A stretch of DNA of 64,000 nucleotides from the human T2T-CHM13v2.0 reference genome, Homo sapiens. Location of the stretch: the NCBI RefSeq assembly GCF_009914755.1, contig NC_060937.1; one strand, given 5' to 3'. Made by a program: the position numbers and the translations under genes. The notes below the pieces were generated by a model. That model was not told the origin of the DNA and made no database searches. It saw nothing but the letters and a program-made list of their open reading frames with translations. This document shows positions 39,407 through 54,196 of the stretch, piece after piece (the first letter of the stretch is position 1; every line of letters begins with the position of its first letter).

Positions 39407-41411
39407 GTAAGTTTTATGGAAGACTGGAATTTTAAAACATTGCGTGCATCCTAGGCAATACATTTGTGACTTAAAGAAACATTTTGAATGAGACCTCCTT
39501 TTTTGTTTATAACATAAAACACGTGGGGACTATACGTGCGTATTCTCCCCGCGGAATTCAGTCAGACAGTGAACAAATTGTTTGCTTTGTAAACGTCCTT
39601 ATAGACTTGGCTTCAGAATTGAGACGATTTTGCTAAACTGCACATTGTTTGGTAATAAAAAGCTAGAGTGCTGTCCAGATACTCGCCCTAAAGAGCCAGT
39701 CTTGTGATCTCGTTCGAACTATAGAGCAACCTGCATATAAAGTCGTTCAGCCAAGAGCATGGGCAGAATGAAGCCCTGCTGAGCATTTGTGCAGCTTCTC
39801 AAGTTCTTTACAGCAACCTCACATAAAACGAAAAACAAAAGGCATGGTTTGTTCATGAGAAAAATCTCAAAATGCAATAAAATGTGTTTTTATAACCTAG
39901 TTTACTTTACTTCTCGTGGCATAAAAAAATAAACAAAACAGCCTGACTCACAGCCTTCTTCACAGGGACCCACGAGCAGATTTCCCAGGGTTGGCTTCCT
40001 GGCCAGACCTGACCTCAGGGATCAATGTGTTTATCGCACGTTCTGACCCACCTCCCATCCGGCTACTGCTGTGGTTCTGAGACATCTGCTTCACAAACCT
40101 CACACATATACACAGATGTGTGTGCCCGTGTCCTGCAGAGGCAGGTTCTGTATCACCACACACGCACACGCACAGGGAGAGAGACTCCGTTCCCAGGCTG
40201 CACGAGTAGGGCCATGCCTTGCAGAAGAGAAGGAGGGAATGAGTGAGTGGAGGGCAGTGCCAGAGAACTCATGCGTTTCCATGAGATCTTTAGTCCCACC
40301 GTCGAGGAGACATCCGCAGAGCAGAAGGAGACAGTCAGGGCAAAATAAAGGAAGTCACATTTGCCAAGACAAGAGCTGCAAGCCAGTGATCTCGGGGCTA
40401 CCTGAATGGTAGGCTCAAACAGGCACTTGGGTTTACCACATGGCCCTGAACAAATAAGGAAATAATGTTCACATCAGTCAGAATCTTGAGAAATGGACAG
40501 AAATGAAGAATCTGCACAACCCAAAGATTAAACAAATTAGGAAAGTATTTTCATACTAATGGCCTGAATCTAAATCACCCATTTTTAAACTACTCTTTTG
40601 AACTCTTTGGAGTGTCTTTCAGTTTTGTCTCCAGCTGAAATCTGAGTTAAAATGGAATGACATTATGGAAAGCAATTGCAACTCATCTGTACCAAGTTTC
40701 CTTCATGTTTCCACTTTACACTCACTTAATATCAGAGGCAGATGTCTCACAAACTAGGGAAGAAGTAATCATAATTTGGAGGAATGATTGTGGTGAGCAG
40801 GTGAAGACCATTTTCTACTGAACCTGCTGCTCAAAGGATCCAGTCTCTTAACCGCAGAACTCTGATACTACAAATTAAGTTAACATAAATATCACCTGCC
40901 ATAAGTAATCAGTTAACAAATGTAGAGTTTGAGGGACCTGGATCATTTTAGCTGATTAGAAGTTATATATAAGAAGCGATATGCAGTAAAATCTTAGAGG
41001 AGTGGTCTCATATAGCAGTGAATCTAATTTGATGCTGAGCAGAGACAGACATTTAGCTCAATATAACTGAAATTTTTCTTTGAAGCACAATTTCAGACTC
41101 AGATTAGATTGACATGCAATTTCAAATAGATCAGTTCTAAGCAAGTAAGAAAGACCAACGGCAGACAAATAATAGAGAAAAATTTAAACATTACAGTTCA
41201 TTTTAAGCAAAAGCATCACAGAATACTAAAAATCTGGAGCAGAACATGTGGAGAGCTGTTTTCTCAAGCTGAAGTGCAAGGGCCCCTTATGTCTTTATTT
41301 GAAAGGCCACTAGAGTGCCAGCTCTGCAAACAGATCGAGAAGCTGCCAACAAACAGGGATTCCTCTGGCTCACCAGAGAGTTTGACTGAGCCTGTTGGAT
41401 CTCTCATCTGA

Positions 41412-41978
<567 letters not shown>

Positions 41979-42396
41979 TAAAAGTAACTACACAATAACA
42001 AAGCATATAGCTAAATATCTATTGTTTAAAGAAACAGCAAAACAGGCTGTGGCCAGGTACTGCATAAATTATAGATTATTAACCCAGCCCCTGTGTGTCT
42101 CCTGGAACCAGCTTAATGCAGTGAAGATGCCCACAAATTTAGCCTGAGTCCCTCTAGTCATTGCAGACACTTGGCTGTGTTGCCTTTCCCCACCCCCAGA
42201 CATTTCAGAAAACCTGACTTGCTTTATATTCAAGTTTAAAATCTAAAAGGTCATGTTTCCTAAGAAAGCAAACAAGAGGCAATCAGCTCTTTTAAACATG
42301 ACAAGGCCATTGATAAAATCACGTTGCGGGTGTGTCTTCTCTGTTTAGGATGTGGATCTGTGAAACTCACTATCTAAAATGCAGTTGGGTACAACT

Positions 42397-42576
42397 GATA
42401 AGGACCTCCCTGTTTTCCCTGAGAAGGAGGTAGCTGCTTCTAAAATCTTTCCTAGAATTTTTAAAATGTACCTTTACTTGTTTTCTACAGGGATAAGGAC
42501 CTTCCTGTTATCCCTGAGAAGGAGGTAGCTGCTTCTAAAATCTTTCCTAGAATTTTTGAAATGTAATTTTACTTGT
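42397..42576. repeat. 95-bp tandem duplication (about 2 copies)
   Basis: GATAAGGACCT...CCCTGAGAAGGAGGTAGCTGCTTCTAAAATCTTTCCTAGAATTTTT...TTTACTTG starts at 42397 and again at 42492. Confidence 0.95.
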
Positions 42577-42850
42577 CCCTGCTGATAGACAGTCACTCAA
42601 CTAGTAAGACAGAAGAAACCCCGACAGTGTACTTCTTACCCAAGCCCAGGTGAAGCAGAACTTTGCTTCGAAATCTTTTCCCTGCTTAGAACGATACCTT
42701 ATGCCTTCACTTATTTAATCTTTCATTCATTCATTTGTTCACTTTTGAGGTGTCTTTTCCTTGGATTCATGCCGGGAACATGGCTTATGAGAATATAAGA
42801 CTGTTTTATCTCACAGTTACATGACAACTAGAAGCCTGCTGGTTGGCTGA

Positions 42851-43039
<189 letters not shown>

Positions 43040-44292
43040 TAAGCCCTGCCTTTATAACCTGGGGGAGCCTCCCGCTCACTGTGGCCAGAACGGAAGCATA
43101 ACTGTATGTTGACGCCCAAGACATGACGTTTCTGGATTCAAGTAACTTCATTTTTCGTATTCTTTAAATGTTAGATAGAAAATCATTGTTGTGGTTGATG
43201 TTGTTCACTCTCAGTCTCCCAAGTGTCACTTCATTTTCTCCCAAATTCTCATGCGTAATAGTGGAATCGTAAACGCAAATTAAAAAGCTGAAACCTTGAC
43301 AAAATTCTGTCCATCACCATCTTTATCAGATTATGAAATACTTTGTGACGTGGGAGTGCAGTTATTCTCCAGCAGATACGATGCAGGAGTTTGTTTTTTA
43401 ATGGAGGAACTTTTATATAATCATCTGTTTTGTGGCCTCATTTATTTTTTAAGGTCTTGGTAAAACATCCTGAAATGTGTCTTCAGTAGTACGTTGCTAC
43501 CTTATTTCCAAGGAAATCTTGCAAATTCAGGTTTAGACTAAAATTTTGTTTGGTGAGACTTTTTATTTAAAAACAAAAACTTTAAAGTGGGGAGGGAAGA
43601 ACAGTCATTAATCACCTTCATCACGTTTTCACCTGAAGCAAATGGAGTTCTCCTACTCAGTTCCACCTCCACCTGCTAGTTCCCCTTTCCTCGGCTGTTT
43701 CTGTTTTATGTGGTTCAATTTTTCAATAAACTACGTCATCTTCTACTCTATATATCATCAATTTCATTATCAAGAAACATATCTATTACTTTAAGTGATT
43801 CTTATAGTAGATGTTGAAAGATATTTACACATGCACATATGTATTATGTATATGCCTACTGTTTATATTTGACACAATTCCAATTTTAAAGAATGACCCA
43901 GTATCTATTCTGCAAATGGGTGCTTGTGTTAATATGTTCAGTACACTAATGCCAAAGAAAGCACGTAATAGTATTATCAGAAATAAAAATAACATTGGCA
44001 TACTAGAGGGTTGGTTGACAGAGCATTCATTTGGGTTTTGAAAATAATTTAAATCCTAAAGTATTTCTGTTTTAACTCTAGGAAAGATATGATTGGGTCA
44101 ATAGGAAATTAAAGGTCTTACCCTTGTTGCTGAATATAGGGTTGGTGTTCAGAATAACCCCCATCAGCCATAAGAACAATTAGACCTTGCCCACAAAAGT
44201 CAATGTTCAGTCATCCACATTACCATAGCTGCACCGAATGTTAATGGACTCTTTTTGTTGTTTTTTCTTTTTACAATATATCTGCTAATTAG

Positions 44293-44364
44293 GGGCCCCA
44301 AGGACCAAAAGGGCAGAAAGGTGAGCCTTATGCACTGCCTAAAGAGGAGCGCGACAGATATCGG
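44293..44364 (+). CDS. COL4A2: COL4A2 exon 8 (72 bp; [24 protein letters not shown])
   Basis: taattag|GGG...CGG|gtacgt. Ends in a non-collagenous interruption. Confidence 0.96.
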
Positions 44365-44808
44365 GTACGTTTGCAAGAGATGGGAGGGGTAATGAAGGGA
44401 CCCAGTGTAAATTCTCAACTAACAAAGTTAATTGCCAAGTGAACTTTGCATGTAAGAATGAATGTACTGAAGGCATGCCTAGAATGGCGGCATAATCTAA
44501 AAGTCATCTTACTTCCGATCAGGATGTTTTCAATCTTATTTTTAATTGTGTGTTTATCTCTTTCCCATATTCACAATACTCCAAGCCAAATTAGTACTTG
44601 TAGTTAATATTAGTAAATATTAATATTACTAAAATATATTCTGACTAAATAACAATATTAGTAAAAATTAATATTAGTAAATTAACATTACTAGGTCCTG
44701 ATAGGGCTGATCTGTTTGATATGCTTATTTCCAACTCTGCAATAAAAGGTAAGTAAATCTAAAGATGGTTAAAAGCTATCACTCTTAAAATTATTTCTTC
44801 TCCATTAG

Positions 44809-44844
44809 GGTGAACCTGGAGAGCCTGGATTGTTCGGTTTCCAG
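44809..44844 (+). CDS. COL4A2: COL4A2 exon 9 (36 bp; GEPGEPGLFGFQ)
   Basis: ccattag|GGT...CAG|gtaagt. Confidence 0.97.
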
Positions 44845-44952
44845 GTAAGTTTATTTTTATTGGACGATATTCCAAACAAAAGTTTAAGAGCTTCAGAACT
44901 CCAAGTACCAGTTTACCTCTCTTAAAAACATTCTCCCGCTGCCTATCCATAG

Positions 44953-45015
44953 GGACCTCCCGGCCGCCCTGGGCATGTGGGACAGATGGGTCCAGTTGGA
45001 GCTCCAGGGAGACCA
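44953..45015 (+). CDS. COL4A2: COL4A2 exon 10 (63 bp; GPPGRPGHVGQMGPVGAPGRP)
   Basis: tccatag|GGA...CCA|gtaagt. Confidence 0.97.
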
Positions 45016-46732
45016 GTAAGTACCTGGACACAGGTGCCCACTCTGGGACCATCGTCCGGTCATCCCTTCCAGATGCCACTTCTTCAATGGTTGACTCCAG
45101 ATGAGAGCTTTAAGAACAACTATGATGCTTATAGGCGTAGCAGAGAACATCAAGACAAAACGGACCATTCCTTGCACACTTTGCTGCTGTTAAGGTTGAA
45201 GAATAAGGGCTTAAAATTATGGTCACCAGCTCTCTGCCAGTTATGTCAAATTTTGACTTGGTTCCGGCAGGGTGCCCTTCCATCCCCACCCCATACCTAC
45301 CCAGTGACAGACAGCCCATCATCCCTGGGCAAGGCAAACCAAAGTCCCACAGGTTCATAAGGAGGAAATGGAGGTCTGCCTGTGCCACACCCATGCTAGC
45401 AGGCATATCACACCTGGGCTCATTACAGCAGGTGAGATACTGGCCACTGTTTAACACAATGGCCCTAGAGGGCTCATTGCAAGTAGGGAAGAGCAGAAAA
45501 AGGCACTTGCTGAGGCTTGTGTAGCTCTCTGGCCACTCCCACCACTGCACAATGAGCTGGAAGGTGGATTGGCCACTGCGAGAGCTCCTGACTCGCTCAT
45601 TCCCCACATATGTTAGTAATCAGATAAATAGGCCTTAACTTACACAAGGAGCGATTTGGGCTGCAGGTGAGAGAGATCTTCTCACAGGAAGCCATTGCTC
45701 AAGACTGAGACAAGCTATCAAGGGACACTAACACCAGTTCCTTGACAGATACTGAGAAAAAAATGAAGTCATATATGTCTGGGGAGACTCAGTCAAACTA
45801 ACAGTTGGGGGGTACTCATAATTCTCTTCAGATTATAATAAATGACAATAATAATAATAGATTTTGTTTCTACAAAGCAAATTTCCCCGGTGCTGTGAAA
45901 GTCATTCTTGCAAGTAGCCCCGTCTGTGAAAGACCTGGTCAAGGTGGCTGAAATCAGGGTCATACGAGGCGCTGTTGCTGTTTCACTCCATAGGGTTATT
46001 GGCTTAGTCACGGCACACATGCCACATGGTTGGATTTCATACTTTAAATGCACCACTCGGAGAAGTCCGGCACAACAGATTGTACTTGCTAGGTCCTCAG
46101 CTGCTCTGACAGCTTTTGGTTCTTCACATGAGCCATGCAATCATCCACAACCCCCTCCCTATCCACTCCTTTGTATCCACTTATTTGTACTTAAACACTC
46201 TTCCCCTGCATCTGAAATGCTTTAATCCTAAGCACAGTGTTGACACTGAATGTTCTGCAGAAAGACACACCATGATACTGCAGATGGACTTTCCGCTCTG
46301 CAGTGCCAGCTTGTAGATTCATTCTGTCCATGAAAGTTGGCCAAGCTACCAGGAAGAAGTCCTGCATGGAGTCTCGTGGGGACTCCCAGAGGAAGTCAGG
46401 GAAGCTGTCGCTGCAGTCACAGGGCCTGGGACCTTGCAAAGGGATCAGAACAAACACAGAGAGGACATGGGTGAAGTCAAAAGCCCAAACACACAAAAGC
46501 AAAGCAGAAACAGCTGTCCGTAGACAGCCGGCAGATTCTGAGAACTGGAGCTGACCCGAGTCCCTCTCCCCCAGCATGTCATCTCTGCCAAGCCAAATGC
46601 ATCAGAAACCTCCATGCATCCTACACTGTGTCCTAAATATACAGTCAATGGCTTTCCCAGAGCTTTCCACCAGATGTTATCTGGGTCCTGGGGTAAAGAA
46701 AACCATTTACACATTTCTTTGTATTTGTACAG

Positions 46733-46768
46733 GGACCACCTGGACCCCCTGGACCAAAAGGACAGCAA
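46733..46768 (+). CDS. COL4A2: COL4A2 exon 11 (36 bp; GPPGPPGPKGQQ)
   Basis: tgtacag|GGA...CAA|gtaagt. Confidence 0.97.
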
Positions 46769-48808
46769 GTAAGTTGGTTTTGGGGGGTGAGGATGAGGGA
46801 AGGGGGTACTTAGGTGTTTGTGGGTTTGTTTGTTTTTTACCATAAAACTTCTTGGTTGGCAACTATTTATTGTTTATATTATGATGAAAACAGTTTTGGA
46901 GGTTTTTAAGACTTAATGTTAAACTCCAAGGATAGATCCATGGTGCCTCTGGACATTAAAAAAGTAAACAGGTGGAATGATTTGTTGTTTGCAAATTAAT
47001 TACCACATGCCTGTTGGTATATGAAAACCACACTGAGGAACATTTGATTGAAACGAAGATTAGAACAATTTAGGGACAGTTCACATTTATTCACATGCAT
47101 TGATTTACGAGAATGGACAAAATGTAACTCTATCTGTTGTAGGGAGGCCAATGTCATTCTTCTTATCTGGCTAGAATTAGGTTCTACAGGAGTCTAATGT
47201 CAGCCTCTAGGGATATATTCAGTGATAATCAAGTTAGGCTAGAGCCCAAAGCTGTATACTGTTTTCATCCCAGAAAGGTTATTAAGTTGATTGGAACACA
47301 GCAAAGTAGGTGGTTTGTTAGAAACTCGGAGGACAGAACTAGGGTTCCTTATTATCTGAGAAAGCTGGATAGATGTCCAAGACAAACGAATGCAGTTGAC
47401 AAGGGAAGTATTTGATCAAAATGCAACATAATTCAGAAATGCTGGGCTGCCAGCGGGAAGCATCTAGGAACCTTTCCTTTGCCCTGTGTCCCGATGGAGG
47501 ACGTGCCAAGCCCACACGTTGCCATGCCTGCCCATTGCTGTGACCCCTGGTGACCACAGCTGCCACCGCCCATGCCCCCAGGCTCCTGTCCCCTCTGACA
47601 CAGCTTCCGGTTGGCTGGAGGGCTTGCGCTGGACGCCCCACCGCCTGGCAGCCTGGAGCAGGATGAGATGGGCCCCAGGCCAAGAGCAGCAGAAATAGGA
47701 CCAGGCGGCCGGGCTGAGGAGGCAGCAGCCAAGCCCTGAGCCCAGGCGTGAGCCTCAGATCTCCCCTTGCTGCGGCAAACATCAACAGCCCTCCTCACCC
47801 CTGACCAAGTCACTTCCTGGTGACTTTGACGACCAGCTCAGGAGGCAGAGAGGGACTGTGGGGGACTCACACAAATTGCATTCTAATCCAGCCTGGCCGC
47901 GTTTCTGTGCTTTGATTTCAGCTCCCCACCAGGTGGGGAAGAAGCAAAAGGCAAAAATTCATTGAAGGCTTTGTTTTTATTTTCAGAAAATATCTGGACA
48001 TTGGAGGGGGCGGACGGTAGACTGCAGAGAAAGAGAGATCAGATAGGGCTTATGTGACCCCGCTGTCACTGTGGGAACACACAGAAACCCTGGGAAAGAA
48101 GCAAAGCTGTTGGGAGTAGAAGAGGACAGTGCCCGTGATGTGCACAAATTTGTCATCTTGCTTTTTCTATGCACGAATCTTAGAGGTCAGCGTTGTCAGT
48201 CCTCCCACACGTGGCTACTACGTTCGTGAAATTATTAAATCCTTACTATGATACTGGGCCTAGCTTTGCTTCTTAGGTAAAAAAGGAAGACAAAAAGTTT
48301 GGATAAAGCCCAGAGAATCACGTAAAATCATTACATTCTGATTGATTTTAAATTTCCAAAGATTATTAAAAAGATAGGTAAAGTTTATATGAAATGAGGA
48401 TTATTTTGCCAAAATGAGAGAAGACTGAGCCAGAAGAAAAGACGAATCATGATCTTCAAATGCAGAGTCCAGGGAGTGAAATGGGGCTGCTTCTTCCATC
48501 TGCAGGGGCCAGAACCCAGGGACATGCTCTTAGACTACAGTCTGCAGAGACCATATACTCACGATCGAGGGCCAGCACCACCTGGGGTCCAATCTCAGCT
48601 CCCACTCATTCACTCTGAGGCCTTGGTCAACTGACATGACAAACTGTCAATTAGTTTCTACAATGCAAAGCAAGAATATTATGCAAATATAGTTGCTCAG
48701 TAAAGTTGCCGATAAATAGGCCTTGGGTTTCTTTTTCTAAGAAAAATAATTTTATTTCTCTCTGATTATTGGCTTTTTAAAACTTACAGAAATTATTTAT
48801 CTTTTCAG

Positions 48809-48850
48809 GGCAACAGAGGACTTGGTTTCTACGGAGTTAAGGGTGAAAAG
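48809..48850 (+). CDS. COL4A2: COL4A2 exon 12 (42 bp; GNRGLGFYGVKGEK)
   Basis: ttttcag|GGC...AAG|gtaaag. Confidence 0.97.
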
Positions 48851-50646
48851 GTAAAGGAAGCCTGGTCAATTCCAGCAGAGGCATGCAGCATTTCTCAGCC
48901 AGGAAATAAATCATTTTAATTACTAAGTTCTGTGCTGTAAAACTTTTACCTTGAGTTGATCTGCAGACAGACCATTTGCATAGGGAAATAATCATTGCAA
49001 AGTGCTAGGTTGTCACCTACATACCAGTGATAATTCTGCATCAACAAGACGGTAAACATAGACCATCTAGGCTAGCCGAGACTCTGACACAGAGACATAA
49101 GCTCAGCTCATCTTCAGAAGGTGGAGGTGAGGACATGTCACTGAGTGCATCTTCTCCTGTGTGGAGCCCAGAGGTGATGGAGGGGACTGAGACTACAGCC
49201 AGAGGCTGACATGGAGCCATCTCAGGGACCAGGGGATCTCAGGGACCAGCCCTGGTAGGGCACAAAGGCAGCCGTAAGGACCATGTGGCTTTTCTCCTTC
49301 CTTAGAGTGCTAAGATCCAAAGACCTCATGGCCTTTGAGAGGAACGTGTGAGATCACGTGCATGACAGGCTTAACGCAGCGCCACACCCCGCAAGCAAAA
49401 CCTCACCAACACAGTCCCATTGCGTTCACCACAAAAGCCATGAGCCCACTGTAAAGTAGACCTGACCCTTGGCCTCATGATTGGAACATTTCTATTTTGT
49501 TTTCCCTTCTGCTTTTTGATGGAACAGCACAGTAAGTTGAATCAAGTCCTGCTCATGTGTGAAGAAGAAACTCTTCCTTCTTTACATTAATGCCATAGAA
49601 GAAGTCAAAAAAGGACAATTAGCAAGCAGTGGGCTTCTGGGAAAAAAAAGAAAGAAAAACATTGAAGATCCAAACACATAAAAATTTATAGCCCCATACA
49701 ATGAAATATAACAAAATAATAAAAACAAGAAAAATCTGGGAAGAAATCATTGGTGGGAGAAGAGAATAGTCCCGTTAGATATAATGGAGATGAAGTTAGA
49801 GTCTACAGTCTACAAAGGACTTATGCAAATAATGAATAAAAAACATCAGGGGCCCAACAGGTACAAGGGAGGAGAACAAACAGTTTGGGTATTTTAAGAT
49901 ATTCTATTAGTGGACACTCAGCGTACACTATGGAGTATCACTTTCTGCAGCTGACCCATCATCTCCATTTACTGCTGTCCGTGTTATGTGATATCTGGGC
50001 TCAGACTTGTATGATACAGTTTAATGTGGAAAGAAAGGAAAAGACAATGATGTTCTTTTGTGTCAATCAGTTTCTGGGAGGTAAACCCAGAATATTATGC
50101 AAGGATAACGGTCCAGTAATGTTCTAGATAGATCGGTTTCACCATCTGTGCACCACATCAAAAAGTGTTTTCTGCTAATGATAAAAATGCAAATTAAAGC
50201 AATCTTGGGATATTATAGTTACTTAAGATTTTTTTTATTATATAAAAACATCTTTAGCTGGGGAAGTAGTCTTTCATTTCTTCAGCATTTCGTTTATCTC
50301 GGTGCCCATCTTGGCAACCAGTAGAGTAATACCTGTCAAAAACCATAAAGACATTCAGCCCTCATACCTAATAATTCCCATATATAGAAATTCATTGTAA
50401 GGAAACAACCCCACAGAAACAAATGCAGTCCAGAATTGTAAACAACCTACATGGCTTTTATGCATAAATTCTAAATGATTGCTAATGAAAGGAGGATATA
50501 AAAAACTTACATTAGGATTACTCTATTTTGTGGTTATTATACTGTAAATAGGTATACATATGGTAAGTAATATGCAAACATTAAAACTGCAGTATTTTGG
50601 CCAGGTTGTATTTGTATTCGAGTTTTGTAGTTTCCTTTCGATTTAA

Positions 50647-50805
<159 letters not shown>

Positions 50806-52409
50806 TGAAATAAAAAAAGGAGAGTAAAAGTACATTTCTTCAATTGTATTCAACCACATTCCAAGTAGAAAAAGCCTCACCACCAACTTGGCACATTACC
50901 CATGAAAACATAACCGGGTCCTCCCAGAATGTTTTCAACTCTTCCAGACGGTTACTAGATTCACAGTGCGATCCCGTCGTCAGTCCATCATCTCAATTCT
51001 GATGAATCTGAAGCAACAAGAGAATTCATTTAAAAAAAAACTTATATCTATCCTTACATTCAGTGTAGGTGGAGGCTAATGGTCATACCGTAATTCAAAG
51101 CCAGAATCATGGAACTGTCTAGCAAAATGTGTTCAGCAAAATAAAACCTACTTCTTTGCTGACATGAAGCACCTTTTTGGAGGTTCAAAGTCAGTTTTTG
51201 ACAGTTTCTGAATCATTCAATTAACATTTTGCTTAATTGAAATCATGCTCTTAGTCTGAAATAGGAATTGCCGCGTCCACTCTCTCTACGTTTGGAGGCT
51301 GCTGTGCCACCCACCCACTCGGAGGTCCCACAGCCTTTCTAGGGCTTCCTGTTCCCCCTGTCAAATGGGGATGGCGACACTGACCTCCTGGAGCTGACGA
51401 GGAGGTTGCAGGCGACTGTGAAACACTCAGTACCATGTCGGGCACGCAGAATATCTGGGAACTAAAATAGAAACCCCAAACGGGGAGATCTTAACTTTCC
51501 AAATAGAATCTGGTTCCCAACTCTTGAGCAGGGTGGGGCTTGGGTCCTGTGTCCTGGGTCCTGCATCCTGGGGCGGATTTGGCAGGCAGGACCACTGCCT
51601 TGTGGGGGAAATCAACCCAGGTGGCTGAGGCTCGAGTTATGAGTGACCGTTGACAAAAATGTCCTGGGAGACGGCAGGGAGGGCCTCTGTCCAGCTTCTG
51701 GACTGGAGCCCAGAGCAGGTTTGATCCACGTGGAGGTGCTCAATCTTCCGAGTCAAGTTTCCCACCTTTTCTACAACCCAGGCCAGGGTGGGATCCGGGG
51801 CTGGGAATGGCCAACCCGCAGGGGCAGTTGTGTCCTGCAGGAATCCAAGGTACCCTCAGAAATGACGGGGACAAAGGACCCGCCAATTGCTGTTTCTTTC
51901 ACCATTTTAGACGAAGAGAAATGGGAAAAACGTAGATCATGTTTTTGATCTATGATATTGACATGGCTTTCAACAGCCACTTTTGCTTCAAGTTTCAATA
52001 TGTTCCATGTGTATCTTTTTCTCAGAGGGCCTCCTAGTAATGTTTTCTTCCGAAGAGTATTTTCATTAAGGCTTTTCCTTGGGCACGTTCTCCCACCATA
52101 CGGATGTAAACATCTGCCTGGAACGGTGTGGGGGATAAAGGAAAACAGAGAGAAGGAAAGACAGACTTTCACTTGTACCAAGAGGAATACAGGAATTAAT
52201 TTATCTTGTGAAAATCTAGAAGAAATGACACCTCTTTTCTCTTGAATTTTGAAGCTGCAAAATTTAAGAGTCATGTGTTGTAATCAATTTATGATGATTG
52301 TGTGAGGATTGATTCAGTACTTTCAGCTCATGTCATGAACCCTGATTGATTTTTACCCATTACCATCCTCAAATTAATAAGCGTTTCTTATTTTTCATAT
52401 TCTTCACAG

Positions 52410-52445
52410 GGTGAAAAAGGCAGTGAGGGGGAACCAGGAATAAGA
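52410..52445 (+). CDS. COL4A2: COL4A2 exon 14 (36 bp; GEKGSEGEPGIR)
   Basis: ttcacag|GGT...AGA|gtaagt. Confidence 0.97.
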
Positions 52446-53025
52446 GTAAGTCGAGTAATGAGCATGCCCCCTCCCCTGTGGCTCCTGGGCTGTCGGCGCT
52501 CTGCCAGGCATGACGGGGTGCACCATGCGCTCGGGGCCCGCACACCGCCAGTCTCTCATCCCCTTGTCCATAGCAGAACAGTATTAGCATGCATTTTTAC
52601 ACTGTATTTTAAGAAGTCAGTTCTAGAATTTCTTCCTCTTGGCATCATAAACACTGGCTAATCATCTTCTGAGGTTTGGGAAGGGAGCATGGAGATGGCG
52701 GAGGGGCGTGGCTTCCACTCAGGCGCCACCGGGTTCTGCCCTCCGTCCCCTCTGTCACTGCCTGTCCTCAGAGCTCCAGCTCTCCCTCGCGGTCACTTAC
52801 CACGTGACATGACACATGCAGTCCTGGATGGGTGACAGCCCGGGAAGGCTGGCGGGTCTCCTAGGACCGTGCCCTGCACTGCGCCTGAGTTGAGCATCGC
52901 CAGGCGGTCTGGACACCATCGGGGCTGAGAACACAGAGTCCTGGAGCAGAGGATGACACGTGGGCCCTGTTGGCTGGAGGGGCCGCCCCTGGGTTGCTCC
53001 TTACGCCCCCTCTGCTCTCTCCTAG

Positions 53026-53076
53026 GGCATTTCCTTGAAGGGAGAAGAAGGAATCATGGGCTTTCCTGGACTGAGG
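53026..53076 (+). CDS. COL4A2: COL4A2 exon 15 (51 bp; GISLKGEEGIMGFPGLR)
   Basis: ctcctag|GGC...AGG|gtaaac. Confidence 0.97.
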
Positions 53077-53124
53077 GTAAACCACGCCTTTTATAACTGC
53101 AGTTGTCGGTTTGGTTTGGTTTTT

Positions 53125-53315
53125 TTCAGTAGGCTTTCCTTTTTAGAGCTGTTTCAGATTCACAGCAAAATTTAGCAGAAAGTATAGAGATTTCCCGTTA
53201 TTACTCCCCACCCCCCCACACACACACACACAGCAGCCCCCCAGCACGAACATCTAGCACTGGGGGCTGCGCTGGCTACAATCCGTGAACCATCTTGACA
53301 CACCGTCTTCACCCA
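53125..53315 (-). mobile_element. Old L1 (L1MC-like) 3' end fragment
   Basis: TTTTTAGAGCTGTTTCAGATTCACAGCAAAATTTAGCAGAAAGTATAGAGATTTCCC resembles the reversed L1MC terminus. Confidence 0.6.
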
Positions 53316-54196
53316 GCAGCAGGTGTGCAGACGCGGCCCTCCCCGTGGAGGAGGCGCAAGTACCGCACAAAACCTTTCTGGTTGTGTGTGTTCAGCTCAG
53401 TTAGTCTGTAGTAACCAGAAATGTAGAATATCTCAAACACACATTGATTTCCGACTGTCCCAAGAGCCCAACAAAAATGTCCCTAGTCGTAAGGGTCGGG
53501 AAGGGGTCACCGTCCACGGTGATTCAGCCACCTGGGAGACAGACCTCACCTTCAGAGCCCCAGCCTGGACTGACCCCACTCACTCCACGACCACACCTAG
53601 CTGAGGGCTGGGACGGGTGGTCAGAGCCCTGGGCCCAGGAAGAGAAAGCAGAATTTTGGTGGCTATCTGGCAGTTGCTACCACTCAAAAGACCGTATTTT
53701 ACATTCTCCAAAAATAAGAATAGAGAGACACAGTAGAACATTAGAGTACAAGCCTTTTTACATTTTTAGTTTTTCATTGTACTATCTTTGTGAGTTTCTC
53801 TGTATTTCTTTACGTGGTAGAAATGATGCACGTTATGAAAGTATTGCTAAAATGATGTGTCTCCCTCAGGAAATGAGAGTCTTGGGGTGGCTCTGACGTC
53901 TTCCACAGGGAAGCAGCTTTGAGATTAGGATGGATTCTGCTTTCTTCGAGCCTTTTTATCATAGTCATTATTTCCCATCCCCACCTCCCCACAACTTTGT
54001 AAAGGGGAAAGAATTGTATTAATAGTTGGTATTGAATTTGGCAATTTGTTGCTATTCTTCAAAATCTGGACCTGAGACTTGTTCAATCTGTCCATCGGCA
54101 TTTTGCTGTGATCACAGCCAGGTGCCGTAGTCAAGCCCTCTGGAAATGTCTACTGCATATTCTGAGCTGTTTGCTTCTGTTTTTTGTTCATTCCAG

